Part shown: one piece after another, positions 10,718-20,609 of the stretch
How positions within the stretch are numbered: position 1 is the stretch's first letter
Layout: every line of letters begins with the position of its first letter
DNA from: an uncultured Spirochaetota bacterium
Lineage (GTDB): Bacteria > Spirochaetota > Spirochaetia > SZUA-6 > Fen-1364
Direction of reading: 5' to 3'
DNA length: 64,000 nucleotides
NCBI GenBank assembly: GCA_963734545.1
Contig: CAVTHO010000003.1
Coordinates: forward strand, 1-64,000
The notes under the pieces: generated by a model
Told to the model about the DNA's origin: nothing
The model's input: the letters and a program-made list of their open reading frames with translations, nothing else
The model's database searches: none
Position numbers and translations under genes: made by a program

Positions 10718-12073
10718 TCAGGGTCGTGCCTGCGCGGCGCGAAGCGCGGGCTCGAGGCCGGCCAGGGCGCGCGCGTCGAACCTGAAGCTCGAAAGGGAAG
10801 CGCCGTCGAGGGGAAGGACCCGGACCGCCGTCGAGATGACCGCGGCAGTTACGTCGACCTCCCGTCGCAGGGTGGCCTCATTCGCCTGCTTCCAGCTTTC
10901 AATCCTTCTGTACGATTCTTCGATTCTTTGCCTCAGCTCGCTGCCGACCGGCGTATCGCGGCATGCCACGCCAAGGAGGCCCTGGAATGTGCGCCGGGTC
11001 AGCGCCGCGGAGCCTTCCACGATGATGAAATCGTGGCCGGCAAGGATCGCGCGCAGCGCCCATGAGGCGGTCCGATCCAGTCCCGCGACGTCCGGGTCCC
11101 CTGGACCTGCCGACAGCATGCTCGTGTCGGAGTAGTTCCTCAGCATGAGGAGCCCGTCCGACATGAGGAGCCCTCCGAACCCTGTTCGGGAGCGCAGCAG
11201 GGACGTCCAGACGGGCGAGAATGTCACGATCCGCGTGTCCACCATTGAATCATACAGGTGGGTCGTCATCATGATCCCCGCCTCGGCCGCAAGCTCCTGG
11301 AAGACGGCGAGCCTGTTATCCACTTCGTCGGGCGGCACCCGGGTGTCAGGGGACTGCTGGTGCAGATTGGCGCGCGCCGGGAGGTAGGGGAAATGCTTGA
11401 GGACCGGCTCGAGCCCGAAGTCTTTCAGCGCGGCGATCACGAGACGCGCGCGGTCACGCGTCCGCGGATCCGCGGTGCTCGTGTCCACCGTGGGGCCGAG
11501 CGCCACATTGATGCCGAGCGCGGAAAACACGAATGCGTTCACGCGCGCGAGGGTCCCCAGCTCGGAGTCAGGGAGGAGCTTGAATCTGCCCAGGAACCCG
11601 CCGACATAGCCGTCCCCGAAGGTGCCGATGACGCCTGCTCCCTTGATTTTCACGATGTCGGAGCAGACAAGGAGGGGCAGCTTCGTCAGTCCTTTCAGTG
11701 CCCGGTTCGTGCGCCGAATCCTCTCATAGTTCGTGGAGCCGTAGTGCGGGATGACCCCGCCGATCTGGAGCTGCGCCACCAGGGGAGCGAACTCCGGCTC
11801 CAGCGCGAGAGGTCCTCCGTAGCCGAAACCGTCGACATTCACGATGAAGAGCTGGCCCAGCCGCGACTCGAGGTCCCGCGCCTGCTGGACCGGGATGTCG
11901 AGCTTCCCTGCGGCGGCGAGGCTGTCGACGATGCTCGAGTCAGCCGCGCACGCGCTCACCACACGGGATACGAGAATGACGATGATGCAGAGAAGTCTCA
12001 CGGCAGCCTGCTCGATTCGCCCCAGACTATAGAAGAATGTGCATATTATGGTATACTGTGGCTGTCTATGCAT
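10718..12073 (-). CDS. Glycoside hydrolase family 3 N-terminal-domain protein (NagZ-like, divergent); true start may be GTG 12001
   Basis: RLGQLFIV, IGGVI, GINVALGPTVD, KHFP, LLRSRTGFGGLLMSD, AILAGHD. Confidence 0.75.
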   Translation of the reverse strand: MHRQPQYTIICTFFYSLGRIEQAAVRLLCIIVILVSRVVSACAADSSIVDSLAAAGKLDIPVQQARDLESRLGQLFIVNVDGFGYGGPLALEPEFAPLVAQLQIGGVIPHYGSTNYERIRRTNRALKGLTKLPLLVCSDIVKIKGAGVIGTFGDGYVGGFLGRFKLLPDSELGTLARVNAFVFSALGINVALGPTVDTSTADPRTRDRARLVIAALKDFGLEPVLKHFPYLPARANLHQQSPDTRVPPDEVDNRLAVFQELAAEAGIMMTTHLYDSMVDTRIVTFSPVWTSLLRSRTGFGGLLMSDGLLMLRNYSDTSMLSAGPGDPDVAGLDRTASWALRAILAGHDFIIVEGSAALTRRTFQGLLGVACRDTPVGSELRQRIEESYRRIESWKQANEATLRREVDVTAAVISTAVRVLPLDGASLSSFRFDARALAGLEPALRAAQARP

Positions 12074-12093
12074 AGCAAGCTGTGGTACGCAAA

Positions 12094-13128
12094 ATGATCG
12101 CTGCCATCACGGGAGCCACCGGTCATGTCGGGGCCGCCCTCACCAGGCTGCTGCTCTCCAGGGGCCACCAGGTTCGCGCGCTTGTCCGAAAGGACGCGCG
12201 AGGACTGGAGGGCCTGGACGTCGAGAAGATCGATGGGGACGTGCGGAGCCCCGAATCGCTGACGCGCGCCTTCCGCGGCGCCGACGTGGTTTTCCACGCC
12301 GCCGCGCGGATCTCGATCACCCGTTTCGACATGGCGGAAGTGGCGGAGACGAATATCGGCGGGACGCGTCACGTCATCGCCGCGTGCAGGGAGACGGGTG
12401 TGCGCCGCCTGGTGCACTTCAGCTCCATCGAAGCTCTCGATCCCCTGCCCCTGGACGCGCCCTTGGACGAGGAGCGCCCCTTTGCTGACGCGCGCGCGGC
12501 CTCGCCGTATGCGGTCTCGAAGGCGCAGGCGGAGGGGGAGGTGAGACGGGCCATGGCCGAGGGCCTGGAGGCGGTCATCCTCAATCCCACCGCAATCATC
12601 GGGCCATGGGATTTCAAGCCTTCTCTCCTGGGCAGCGCCCTCCTGTCCATTGCGGGTGGACGCCTTCCGATGCTCGTGGACGGCGGGTTCGACTGGGTTG
12701 ACGTGCGCGACGTGGCTGAAGCTGCCCTGGCTGCCGCGGAGCGGGCCCCCGCGGGGAGCCGCTACATCGTGGGAGGAAGGTGGGCGTCGATGGCGGAGCT
12801 GGCGCGCCATGTCTGCAGCGTCACGGGGGCCCGTCTTCCCCGGCTGACGTGTCCCTTCTGGATTGCGCGCGCAGGAGCGCCCCTCTCCGCGGGTTTTTCC
12901 CGGATCCTGGGCAGGACGCCCCTGTTCACTGCCTACTCCCTCAGCGTCCTGCGGGGGAACCGGACCGTGAGCCACGACCGGGCCGCTCGTGACCTGGACT
13001 ATCGTCCGCGGGACCTGGAGGAGAGCGTCGCAGACGCGTGCGCGTGGTTCGAGGTGAACGGATACCTGCGCTCCCGGTGGGCCGAGGCTGCCGGGAATCG
13101 GGCGGCCTCAGGAGGAGGAGAGGGTTGA
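12094..13128 (+). CDS. NAD-dependent epimerase/dehydratase (HpnA/dihydroflavonol-reductase-like SDR)
   Basis: GATGHVG Rossmann motif, YAVSK catalytic motif, VDVRDVA. Confidence 0.9.
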   Translation: MIAAITGATGHVGAALTRLLLSRGHQVRALVRKDARGLEGLDVEKIDGDVRSPESLTRAFRGADVVFHAAARISITRFDMAEVAETNIGGTRHVIAACRETGVRRLVHFSSIEALDPLPLDAPLDEERPFADARAASPYAVSKAQAEGEVRRAMAEGLEAVILNPTAIIGPWDFKPSLLGSALLSIAGGRLPMLVDGGFDWVDVRDVAEAALAAAERAPAGSRYIVGGRWASMAELARHVCSVTGARLPRLTCPFWIARAGAPLSAGFSRILGRTPLFTAYSLSVLRGNRTVSHDRAARDLDYRPRDLEESVADACAWFEVNGYLRSRWAEAAGNRAASGGGEG

Positions 13129-13203
13129 TCAGGCGGCCCGGCTCCGGGGCAGGACTTTTCCCCGGGCGGCCGCGGGAGTATACTCCCCGCCGGGAGGGAC
13201 CCC

Positions 13204-13473
13204 GTGCAAAAGCCCGACCTGCTCACCCAGATCCTCGGATTCCTCTCCACGATTGCCCGCTTCATCGGCTCGGTGATCGTGCAGCTCGTGCAGTACATCC
13301 TTCCATCGGTGAAGGACCTCGGCACGCTTGCAGAGCCCATCGGGTACCTTGCGCTTCTCACGCTCTTCGTCATCCTGACATCGGCGGCCCGAAAGGTTGC
13401 GCTCATTATCCTGCTGGCCGGCTGGGCGCTGATCTTCATCCGCATTCTGTTGATGGCGTTCCGCATCGGCTAG
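13204..13473 (+). CDS. Small membrane protein
   Basis: 89 aa with 2-3 hydrophobic helices; GGAGG RBS; TATACT upstream. Confidence 0.75.
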   Translation: MQKPDLLTQILGFLSTIARFIGSVIVQLVQYILPSVKDLGTLAEPIGYLALLTLFVILTSAARKVALIILLAGWALIFIRILLMAFRIG

Positions 13474-13513
13474 GGCGCGGGCGCCTGTCCAGCGCGCGCC
13501 TGTCCCGGCAGGC

Positions 13514-14408
13514 TCAGACGAGAGTCAAGGTCATGAGCAGGAAGATGCACGGCAGGTACAGCACGGATGCTTTCAGGAGGAACCGTCCGTCGCGTTTTTC
13601 CTGCCGCACGGCAACCCGCACGGCGACGTACAGGAACAGCGCTCCCAGCGGCGCCGCGGCCAGGAGATAGACCGGGCTGAGCAATCTCATGGGAACCGGG
13701 AGAAGGCTTGCGGCGAAGAGAAGGACCGTGGGCGCGATGATGGCAACCGCCGTCCGCGTGCCGCGGGGATCTTCCCCGGGCAGCACACGGATGCCCGCGC
13801 GCGCGTAGTCTTCCCGGTACATCAGGTTGATGGCGAGAAAGTGGGGAAACTGCCAGAGGAAGAGCAGGGCGAAAAGCACCCAGGCCGGCGGGTCCAGGGA
13901 TCCGCGCGCTGCGGCCCATCCCAGAAGAGTCGGGGTGCCGCCGCTCAGGGCGCCCAGTGTGGTGTGATACGCGGTCCTCGTTTTCAGGGGAGTGTAGACA
14001 AGAACATAGCTGACCAGCGTAAAGAGGGCGACCGCCGCGCTGATCAGGTTGACGGCAAGGGCGAAGAGCAGCACCGAGGACACGGTTCCGGCCAGCCCGA
14101 ACATCAGCGCCTGCCGGGGGAGCAGGCGACCGCTCGGCAGGGGCCTCCCCTTTGTGCGCTGCATGCGTCCGTCCCGCTCACGCTCGAAGTACTGGTTGAG
14201 GCTCAGCACTCCTGCCGCCAGGAGGGCCACCGCGACAGATGAGGACCGCGAATCGGCCGCTGTCGAAGCCTTTTCCCGAGCCCAGGTAGTACGAACAGGC
14301 GGCAACGGCGAGCAGCAGGAGGCCGATGCGGGGCTTGGTAAGCTCGGCGAATGCCCTGAGCCGGGCCCAGAGGCCGACAGGAGGCGCGGAGCTGCTTCCC
14401 ACAATCAT
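13514..14408 (-). CDS. cyoE: Protoheme IX farnesyltransferase (heme O synthase); frameshift near 14240
   Basis: ELTKPRI, LNQYFERERDGRMQRTKGRPLPSGR, YTPLK, FLWQFPHF, DYARAG. Confidence 0.92.
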
Positions 14409-14515
14409 ATGAGTGCAAAGTATATGAACGGGCGCATCTTCGGCAAGCGACTGGCCCGCGCGGCCCGCACGGGCAGGCTGGACAAAGAGAGGGCGGCGGT
14501 GAAGGATAGCGGAGA

Positions 14516-15878
14516 ATGAACAAGGACGTCACATTGATCGCAGCACGCCTGCTGTACGAAGAACGCTGCCGCCGGGAGCTCGCCGTTGCGCTCGAGCGGA
14601 CCCCTCTGTACGAGAGCTGGAAAGACCGCGACCCCGGGCCCGACCGCGCCGTCGACGAGCGGTACGACGCCCTTCCGCTTCTTACCAAGAACGATATCCG
14701 GGCGCATTTTCCCTATGGCCTCGTCCCCCGCGGTCTCGACCTTGACGCGGCGCGCATGCGAGGGGAGGTGAGCTACGTGCGCACCAGCGGCACGGCGGAC
14801 GAGGCGCTGCAGAACATATGGAACCAGGCCTGGTGGGACGCGTCCGAACGCGCCTCATGGGGCCTGAACCCGGTGAGCGCGCGCGTTGCCACGGGCACCC
14901 ACAGGGAGGCCATCCTTGCAAGCGCTCTGTCAGTCGGACCGAGATCGGAGAACGGGCTCCTGGACCGGTCTGAGCGGACCCTGGGAAGGTTCCTGTTTCT
15001 CAATGAGCTCGGCAGCACCGGGCAGTGGCCGGACGGTCATGAAATGCGGATCATTTCCGAGATTGGCGACTATCAGCCGGCCGTGCTGGAGGCCAATCCA
15101 TCCCTCCTTGCGCGCGTGGCGCGCCGGGCCGCGCGGGACGGCGTCGAAGCATGGCAGCCTCCCCTCATCATACTCACTTATGAGTTTCCCTCCGCGCTGC
15201 ACATGAAGGCCATCCGGCGCGTGTTCGGGTCCCCTGTCGTGAGCTCCTACGGCTCGACCGAGGCCGGCTACGTGTTCATGGAGTGCGAGCATGGAAGACT
15301 TCATCAGAACGCCGCGTCCTGCCGCGTCGACATGGTGCCTCTGCCGGAGGACGGGCGGGACGGCCGCGACAGGCAGGACGGGCGGGACGGGAGCGACGGG
15401 CGCGTCCGCCCAGGCGGGATCGGCCGGATTGCCGCAACAACTTTCGGAAACGCCTGGTGTCCGCTCGTGAGATTCGAAATCGGGGACATCGGCCGCATCG
15501 CGGCAGAGCCCTGTCCGTGCGGCCGGAACATGGGCATCACGCTCAGCAGCATCGAAGGGAGGCTGAAGAGTCTCTGCGTCGCGGCTGATGGAAGCCCTGT
15601 CACGCACGGGCGGATTGACCGTGCTCTTGCCGCCGTGGACGGCCTGGAGCAGTACAGGGTCGACCAGGTCTCGCCGGGGCTTGTGCGCTGCGTGGTGATC
15701 GGGGAGCACGGGCAGCGGCGCGCGGGCGGCGCGCGGCGCGCGAGAAGCCCTGGCCGGCGTGTTCGGACCCGGTGTCCGCATTGAAGCGGAGGAGGTCAGT
15801 CTGCTCCTTCCCGAAAAATCGGGAAAGTTCCTTCTCGCGCGGCGCTTGTTTTCTCTCGAGGAGGCCGCGCGTGTCTGA
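14516..15878 (+). CDS. Phenylacetate-CoA ligase-like adenylate-forming enzyme; frameshift near 15725
   Basis: LPLLTK, TSGT, YGSTE, RFEIGD, IEGR; the shifted frame continues ...EKSGKF... to TGA 15878. Confidence 0.82.
15350..15403 (+). repeat. Six imperfect 9-bp tandem repeats encoding DGRDGRDRQDGRDGSDGR
   Basis: gacgggcgg/gacggccgc/gacaggcag/gacgggcgg/gacgggagc/gacgggcgc. Confidence 0.85.
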
Positions 15879-16587
15879 GACGCGGTCCCCGCTGTACCTG
15901 ATTGCCGGCGGCCCGCAGTCCATACGGCGGAAAGGTCCTGACCCGCTCGTGCAGGCGGTCCTCGCGCAGACCGGTGTGTCCCGCCCCCGCGTGGCGTATG
16001 TGGGGGCTGCCTCGGGTGACAACCCGGCCTTTCGACTGCTCATCGGCCGCATACTGGAGAAGGCCGGGGCCGGTCGCGTGACCCTCGCCCCCCTCTGCGG
16101 CAAGCGCGGCAGCCTCCAGAAGTCCGCCGCCGTGCTGGAGGAGGCCGACATCGTTTTCGTTTCCGGCGGGGACGTGGAGGAGGGAATGCGGGTCCTCCGG
16201 GAGAAAGGGGCGGCGTCGGTTCTCCGCCGGCTGTGGAGGCAGGGGAAACCCCTGTTCGGAGTCTCGGCGGGGAGCATCATGCTCGCGCGGCGCTGGGTGC
16301 GCTGGAAAGATTCGGGCAATGAAGAGAGCGCCGAGCTTTTTCCCTGTCTCGGCTTTGCCCCGGTCTTCTGCGACACGCACGGTGAAGGAGACGGATGGGG
16401 AGAGCTGCAGGCCCTGCTCTCCCTGTGCCCCGCGGGCGCCACGGGATACGGCATCGTCTCCGGCGCAGCCCTCAAGGTGGAGGGAGACGGCTCGGTCTCC
16501 GCGCTCGGCGGGGAGGTGCATGTCTTCCGCAGGCGGAAATCGGGGGTCGCGCAGATAGAAAGCCTGCTGCCCCGGAGCCCCGCCTAG
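15871..16587 (+). CDS. Peptidase S51 (peptidase E/cyanophycinase-like) family protein
   Basis: LIAGG, ASGD, ADIVFVSGG, GVSAG nucleophile motif, DTH. Confidence 0.85.
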   Translation: MSETRSPLYLIAGGPQSIRRKGPDPLVQAVLAQTGVSRPRVAYVGAASGDNPAFRLLIGRILEKAGAGRVTLAPLCGKRGSLQKSAAVLEEADIVFVSGGDVEEGMRVLREKGAASVLRRLWRQGKPLFGVSAGSIMLARRWVRWKDSGNEESAELFPCLGFAPVFCDTHGEGDGWGELQALLSLCPAGATGYGIVSGAALKVEGDGSVSALGGEVHVFRRRKSGVAQIESLLPRSPA

Positions 16588-16668
16588 CAGGGGCATCCGG
16601 ACTCCCGTCGAACGCCGAACACGCCCCTCGCAAAATTCCTTATCTTCTCCCTCAAGGGGGGCGCAGGA

Positions 16669-17643
16669 ATGGAATATCGCAGGCTGGGAAGCGCCGGGCT
16701 CAAGGTGAGCGTTCTCTCCTACGGTTCGTGGGTGACATACGGAAAGCAGATGGACCCCGCAGCCGCGGGGGCCTGCATGCAGGCCGCGTGGGAGCAGGGA
16801 GTGAACTTCTTCGACAATGCCGAGGCCTACGAGGCAGGCAGGTCAGAGGAGATCATGGGTGCCGTGCTGAAAAAAACGGGGTGGCGCAGGGCGAGCTACG
16901 TCGTCTCCACCAAGATCTTCTGGGGCCTGCACGACGGTATCAACGAGAAGAACACCCTCAATCGCAAGAGGCTTCGGGAAGGAATCGATGGAGCGCTGAA
17001 GCGCTTCGGGCTCGACTACCTCGACCTCGTTTTCTGCCATCGACCGGATCCCGAGACGCCGATCGAGGAGACGGTGTGGTCCCTGCACATGATGATCGAA
17101 TCCGGGAAAGCCCTGTACTGGGGCACGTCCGAATGGAGCGCGGAAGAGATCAGGGAGGCGTGGGCAGTCGCGGAGAAGCATCACCTGCACAAGCCGCAGA
17201 TGGAACAGCCGCAGTACAACCTGTTCGTGCGCCGGAAGGTGGAACGCGAGTTTGCGCGGCTCTACCCGGGCATTGGCCTCGGTCTCACCACGTTCAGCCC
17301 CCTGGCGTCCGGCATCCTCACGGGCAAGTACAACGCCGGTGTCCCGAAGGATTCGCGCATGGCCCTCCCGGGCATGGAATGGCTCAAGGACAGCCTGACT
17401 CCGCAGCGGATCGCCGCGGTGAAGAAGCTCCAGCCCATCGCGAGTGACCTCGGCGCGAGCGTGGCGCAGCTCGCCCTGGCCTGGTGCGCGCGCAATCCGC
17501 ACGTCAGCAGCGTCATCACGGGGGCGAGCCGGCCGGAGCAGGTGAAGGAGAACATGAAGGCGCTCGACATCCTTCCCAGGCTCACCCCGCAGATCGTGGA
17601 ACAGATCGAGGAAGCGGTCGCGGGGGCCACTGACCTCGCCTAG
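16669..17643 (+). CDS. Aldo/keto reductase (Kv-beta-like)
   Basis: [45 protein letters not shown]. Confidence 0.95.
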   Translation: MEYRRLGSAGLKVSVLSYGSWVTYGKQMDPAAAGACMQAAWEQGVNFFDNAEAYEAGRSEEIMGAVLKKTGWRRASYVVSTKIFWGLHDGINEKNTLNRKRLREGIDGALKRFGLDYLDLVFCHRPDPETPIEETVWSLHMMIESGKALYWGTSEWSAEEIREAWAVAEKHHLHKPQMEQPQYNLFVRRKVEREFARLYPGIGLGLTTFSPLASGILTGKYNAGVPKDSRMALPGMEWLKDSLTPQRIAAVKKLQPIASDLGASVAQLALAWCARNPHVSSVITGASRPEQVKENMKALDILPRLTPQIVEQIEEAVAGATDLA

Positions 17644-17706
17644 CGCCTGCCCGGTCCGCCGGGAGGAGGCCGGGCGCCTTGTGGTGCCCGCCGCTGCGTG
17701 TGCGTT

Positions 17707-18843
17707 CTATGAGAGCCACCTGTCGAGCCACGCGAACGCGTCAGCCTGCATTTTCACATCGAACTTGTGCGGACCCGGGTAGAAGAGCCCCGCGTATCTG
17801 TCCGGCGCCTGGAGCTTGGAATAGATCTCCGCAAGCTTCGCGTCCGCCTGCTCCTGTCCCTTCAGTGTCCAGAGCTGGTCTTCGCGATTGTACTGCACCA
17901 GCAAAGGTCCGGGTCCGTGCAGGGATATGACGTCCGGCAGGTCCATGAGGCGCGGGAGATGGGGGACATGGAACATCCAGGTATGCTCGGCGATTTTTTC
18001 CTCGAGCACTTCCCGCGCCACTGTCATGAACCCCACGCAGACCGCGCACTTCACCCGGGGATCGAGTCCGGCAAGGTACACCGTGCGTAATCCCCCTCCT
18101 GAAAGCCCGCAGCAGCCCAGCCGCTGCGGATCGACCTCCGGTCGGCCCGCCAGGTAGTCCATGGCCCGCCTGTCCTCCCAGGCCATGACGCCCGGCCAGG
18201 TGGTGCCGGAGAGGAAGAGGGTCTTTGCCACGAGCGTCTCGTATTGCGCGGCGAACTCGTTGTACGCCTCGATGTATCTCCTGCTCCCCGGATTTTCTTT
18301 CAGCACCTCTGACACGAACCGAGGGGGGACCTCGCGCGGATCCATTCTGCGGGAGCCCCAGAGGAACAGGTCGGGCACGAAGACGGCGTAGCCCCGGCGC
18401 GCGAGCTCGGTGGCCCAGGACCGGCCCCCGTATATCTCCTGTTTGAGCTCCCTCAGTATGTCCGGCTCCTCATCGAGGGCAACGAGCTTCTCCTTGCCGA
18501 AGTACTTGAAGGCGCTGTGGTCGTGCAGGGCGACCACGCCCGGCAGCCTGCCTTTCGCCGCGGACGGGCGGAGCAGAAATCCTTCCGTCCTCGGGCCGAA
18601 TGGCTGCGCGTAGCTCACCCGCTCGATGACGAGCCCTGCGTCTTCCCTCCTGTCGTCGATCGACGGGCGGAGCGCGCACTCCGGCGGATCGTAGGAAAGC
18701 AGCTCGCGCACCTTCGCCCTGGCCGTGCTCCTCCAGGCCTCGCTGTCGGTCCAGGCCGGGTCCAGGAAAGAGAGAGGCCGGGTGCAGCTCGATTCTGACC
18801 AGAGTGCCATCTCATGATATGCGCCCATGATCGGATTACGCAT
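17707..18843 (-). CDS. Alpha/beta hydrolase (dienelactone hydrolase-like)
   Basis: LPGVVALHDH, DYLAGRPEVD, GLSGGG nucleophile elbow, YPGPH. Confidence 0.88.
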   Translation of the reverse strand: MRNPIMGAYHEMALWSESSCTRPLSFLDPAWTDSEAWRSTARAKVRELLSYDPPECALRPSIDDRREDAGLVIERVSYAQPFGPRTEGFLLRPSAAKGRLPGVVALHDHSAFKYFGKEKLVALDEEPDILRELKQEIYGGRSWATELARRGYAVFVPDLFLWGSRRMDPREVPPRFVSEVLKENPGSRRYIEAYNEFAAQYETLVAKTLFLSGTTWPGVMAWEDRRAMDYLAGRPEVDPQRLGCCGLSGGGLRTVYLAGLDPRVKCAVCVGFMTVAREVLEEKIAEHTWMFHVPHLPRLMDLPDVISLHGPGPLLVQYNREDQLWTLKGQEQADAKLAEIYSKLQAPDRYAGLFYPGPHKFDVKMQADAFAWLDRWLS

Positions 18844-20609
18844 TGCCGTCTCCTGTCCATCCGCGTATCTCGTGCTCGACATTCGGAGGCACGGGGCTCC
18901 TCGAGCCGCGGGCAAGCTCCTGCAGAATCTGCTCCGGGTCGATTCCCGCCGCCCCGGCGCGCCGAAGGGACTGCCGCGTGATGCGGAACAGCACGCCCAC
19001 CTCTCTCCCGACCCTTTCGCAGTATCTTCCCAGGGCAGCCTCGAAACCGGGTGACGGGGAGAAAAAGACGACCTCGAAGTTCGGCTGCACGATGAGCGCC
19101 GGCGGTTCCTGCGTCACCGCCTCGGCATCCGGCATGCCGTCACGAGGCAGGCCCAGGAGGGTCCTGCCGATGTCGGTCACGCGGAAGCCCGTCTTGCCCT
19201 CCGGGGTAACCCCCGCCTCGGCGCCGCCCAGCGCGAGCAGACATCGACCGAGAAAGATCCCGAGAAAGGACTTCCAGAGCTCTTCGAGCGCCTCCTCGGT
19301 GGCAAGCGACGAGCCTGCCGGAGCGCCCGCTCCACGAAGGCCCGGTCTGCCGGATCCGGAGATCGCGCCGGATGCGACCAGGGGGCTGCCGATTGCCGCC
19401 TGGTACTCGGCGAAGTCGACGAACCGGATGAAGGTCGTGAGAGGCACGCAGGAGAAGGCCTGCACGAGCCAGGGCAGGATGTCTTCCCGCGCGCCGTCCG
19501 CCGCGCTCACTTCCTCCTCCATGAGGTCGAACAGCCGGGAAGGCCGCTCCGGCGTGCCGGCGAGCTCGCTGACCAGGAAGGAGTGCCTCTCTGCAAGGGG
19601 TTCCCGGATCCAGCGCGCCCCGACGGGGGACGGCGCGAGCGGCGCACGGGGGCCGCCGATTTGCACGAGCAGGCCGCTGAGCCGAAGCGCCTGGAAGGCG
19701 AGATCTATCCTTCCTTCCATGGAAAGCCCCGTGAGTCTTTCCAGCCAGTCGGGGACGCTGAGCAGCATGGCGGCGGTTTCTTCCCGGAACCGGGCAAACG
19801 GCTTTTCGTCACCCCGCCTGAGGGGGATCGGCGCGCTGCAGGCGGAGACGAGCAGGGTCGTCATGTCCTCGACCAGGAAGGGATGACGGAACACCTTGCC
19901 GACGCTCACCGGCTCAGGGGCGAGGACCACGGAAAGCCTCCGCAGCCGGCGGGCAGCCGCGGGCCAGATGCCCAGGAGAGGCTCGAGATCCGCCCGGCGG
20001 AGCCCGAGAAAGAACACGGCGCGCTGGAGGCCCAGGCGCATGCCCGCGCAGAGGTCCTCCTTTCCCACGGCGGGAAAGTATTCCTCGAGGTCGCGCACCG
20101 CTATCCTGTCCCTCTGCTCGGCAAAGAAGGAAAGCATGGCGCGCGCGGTCTTCCACGCGGCTTCCTCCGAAGGCCTGCCGCCGCGCGCGAGGGCGGACTG
20201 GAGCCACTCGAGGGACGAAACGAGCCCGGCGATCCGGGGCAGGTCGTTGGGCAGAAGGGCGAGGGACTCGTGCAGCTGGGACCGCTCCTGTTGGCTGTAG
20301 TGCTCCGCGAGGTACGCGCAGAGAGCGGCAAGGCCGGGACTCTCGAACAGGGGGTACCTTGCCAGCGATTTCATGACCTGGTGGAACGCCACGTATCGCG
20401 CCGAAATGCCGAGAGAGCCGGGGCCGCCCGATTCTTCGAGCAACCCCGCGTCCCGCAGCTCCATCACGGCAGGGTCCCCGCCGGCAGGCATCGAGCGAAA
20501 GCCCCGGGGCAGCGCCGTCCAGGAATGTCCGCCGCGCGGCAATCGACAGCTCACCCCATGCGACCAGCTCGTCGAGGAATCCCTGCCAGTCGGAGGGGAA
20601 GAGCTTCAT
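18836..20609 (-). CDS. Helicase-associated-domain protein (XPB partner, Helicase_C_3-like C-terminus); frameshift near 5' end
   Basis: C-terminal LIVQPNFEV...FRITRQSLRRA...PVPPNVEHEIRGW; ATGA overlap with the XPB stop. Confidence 0.8.
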
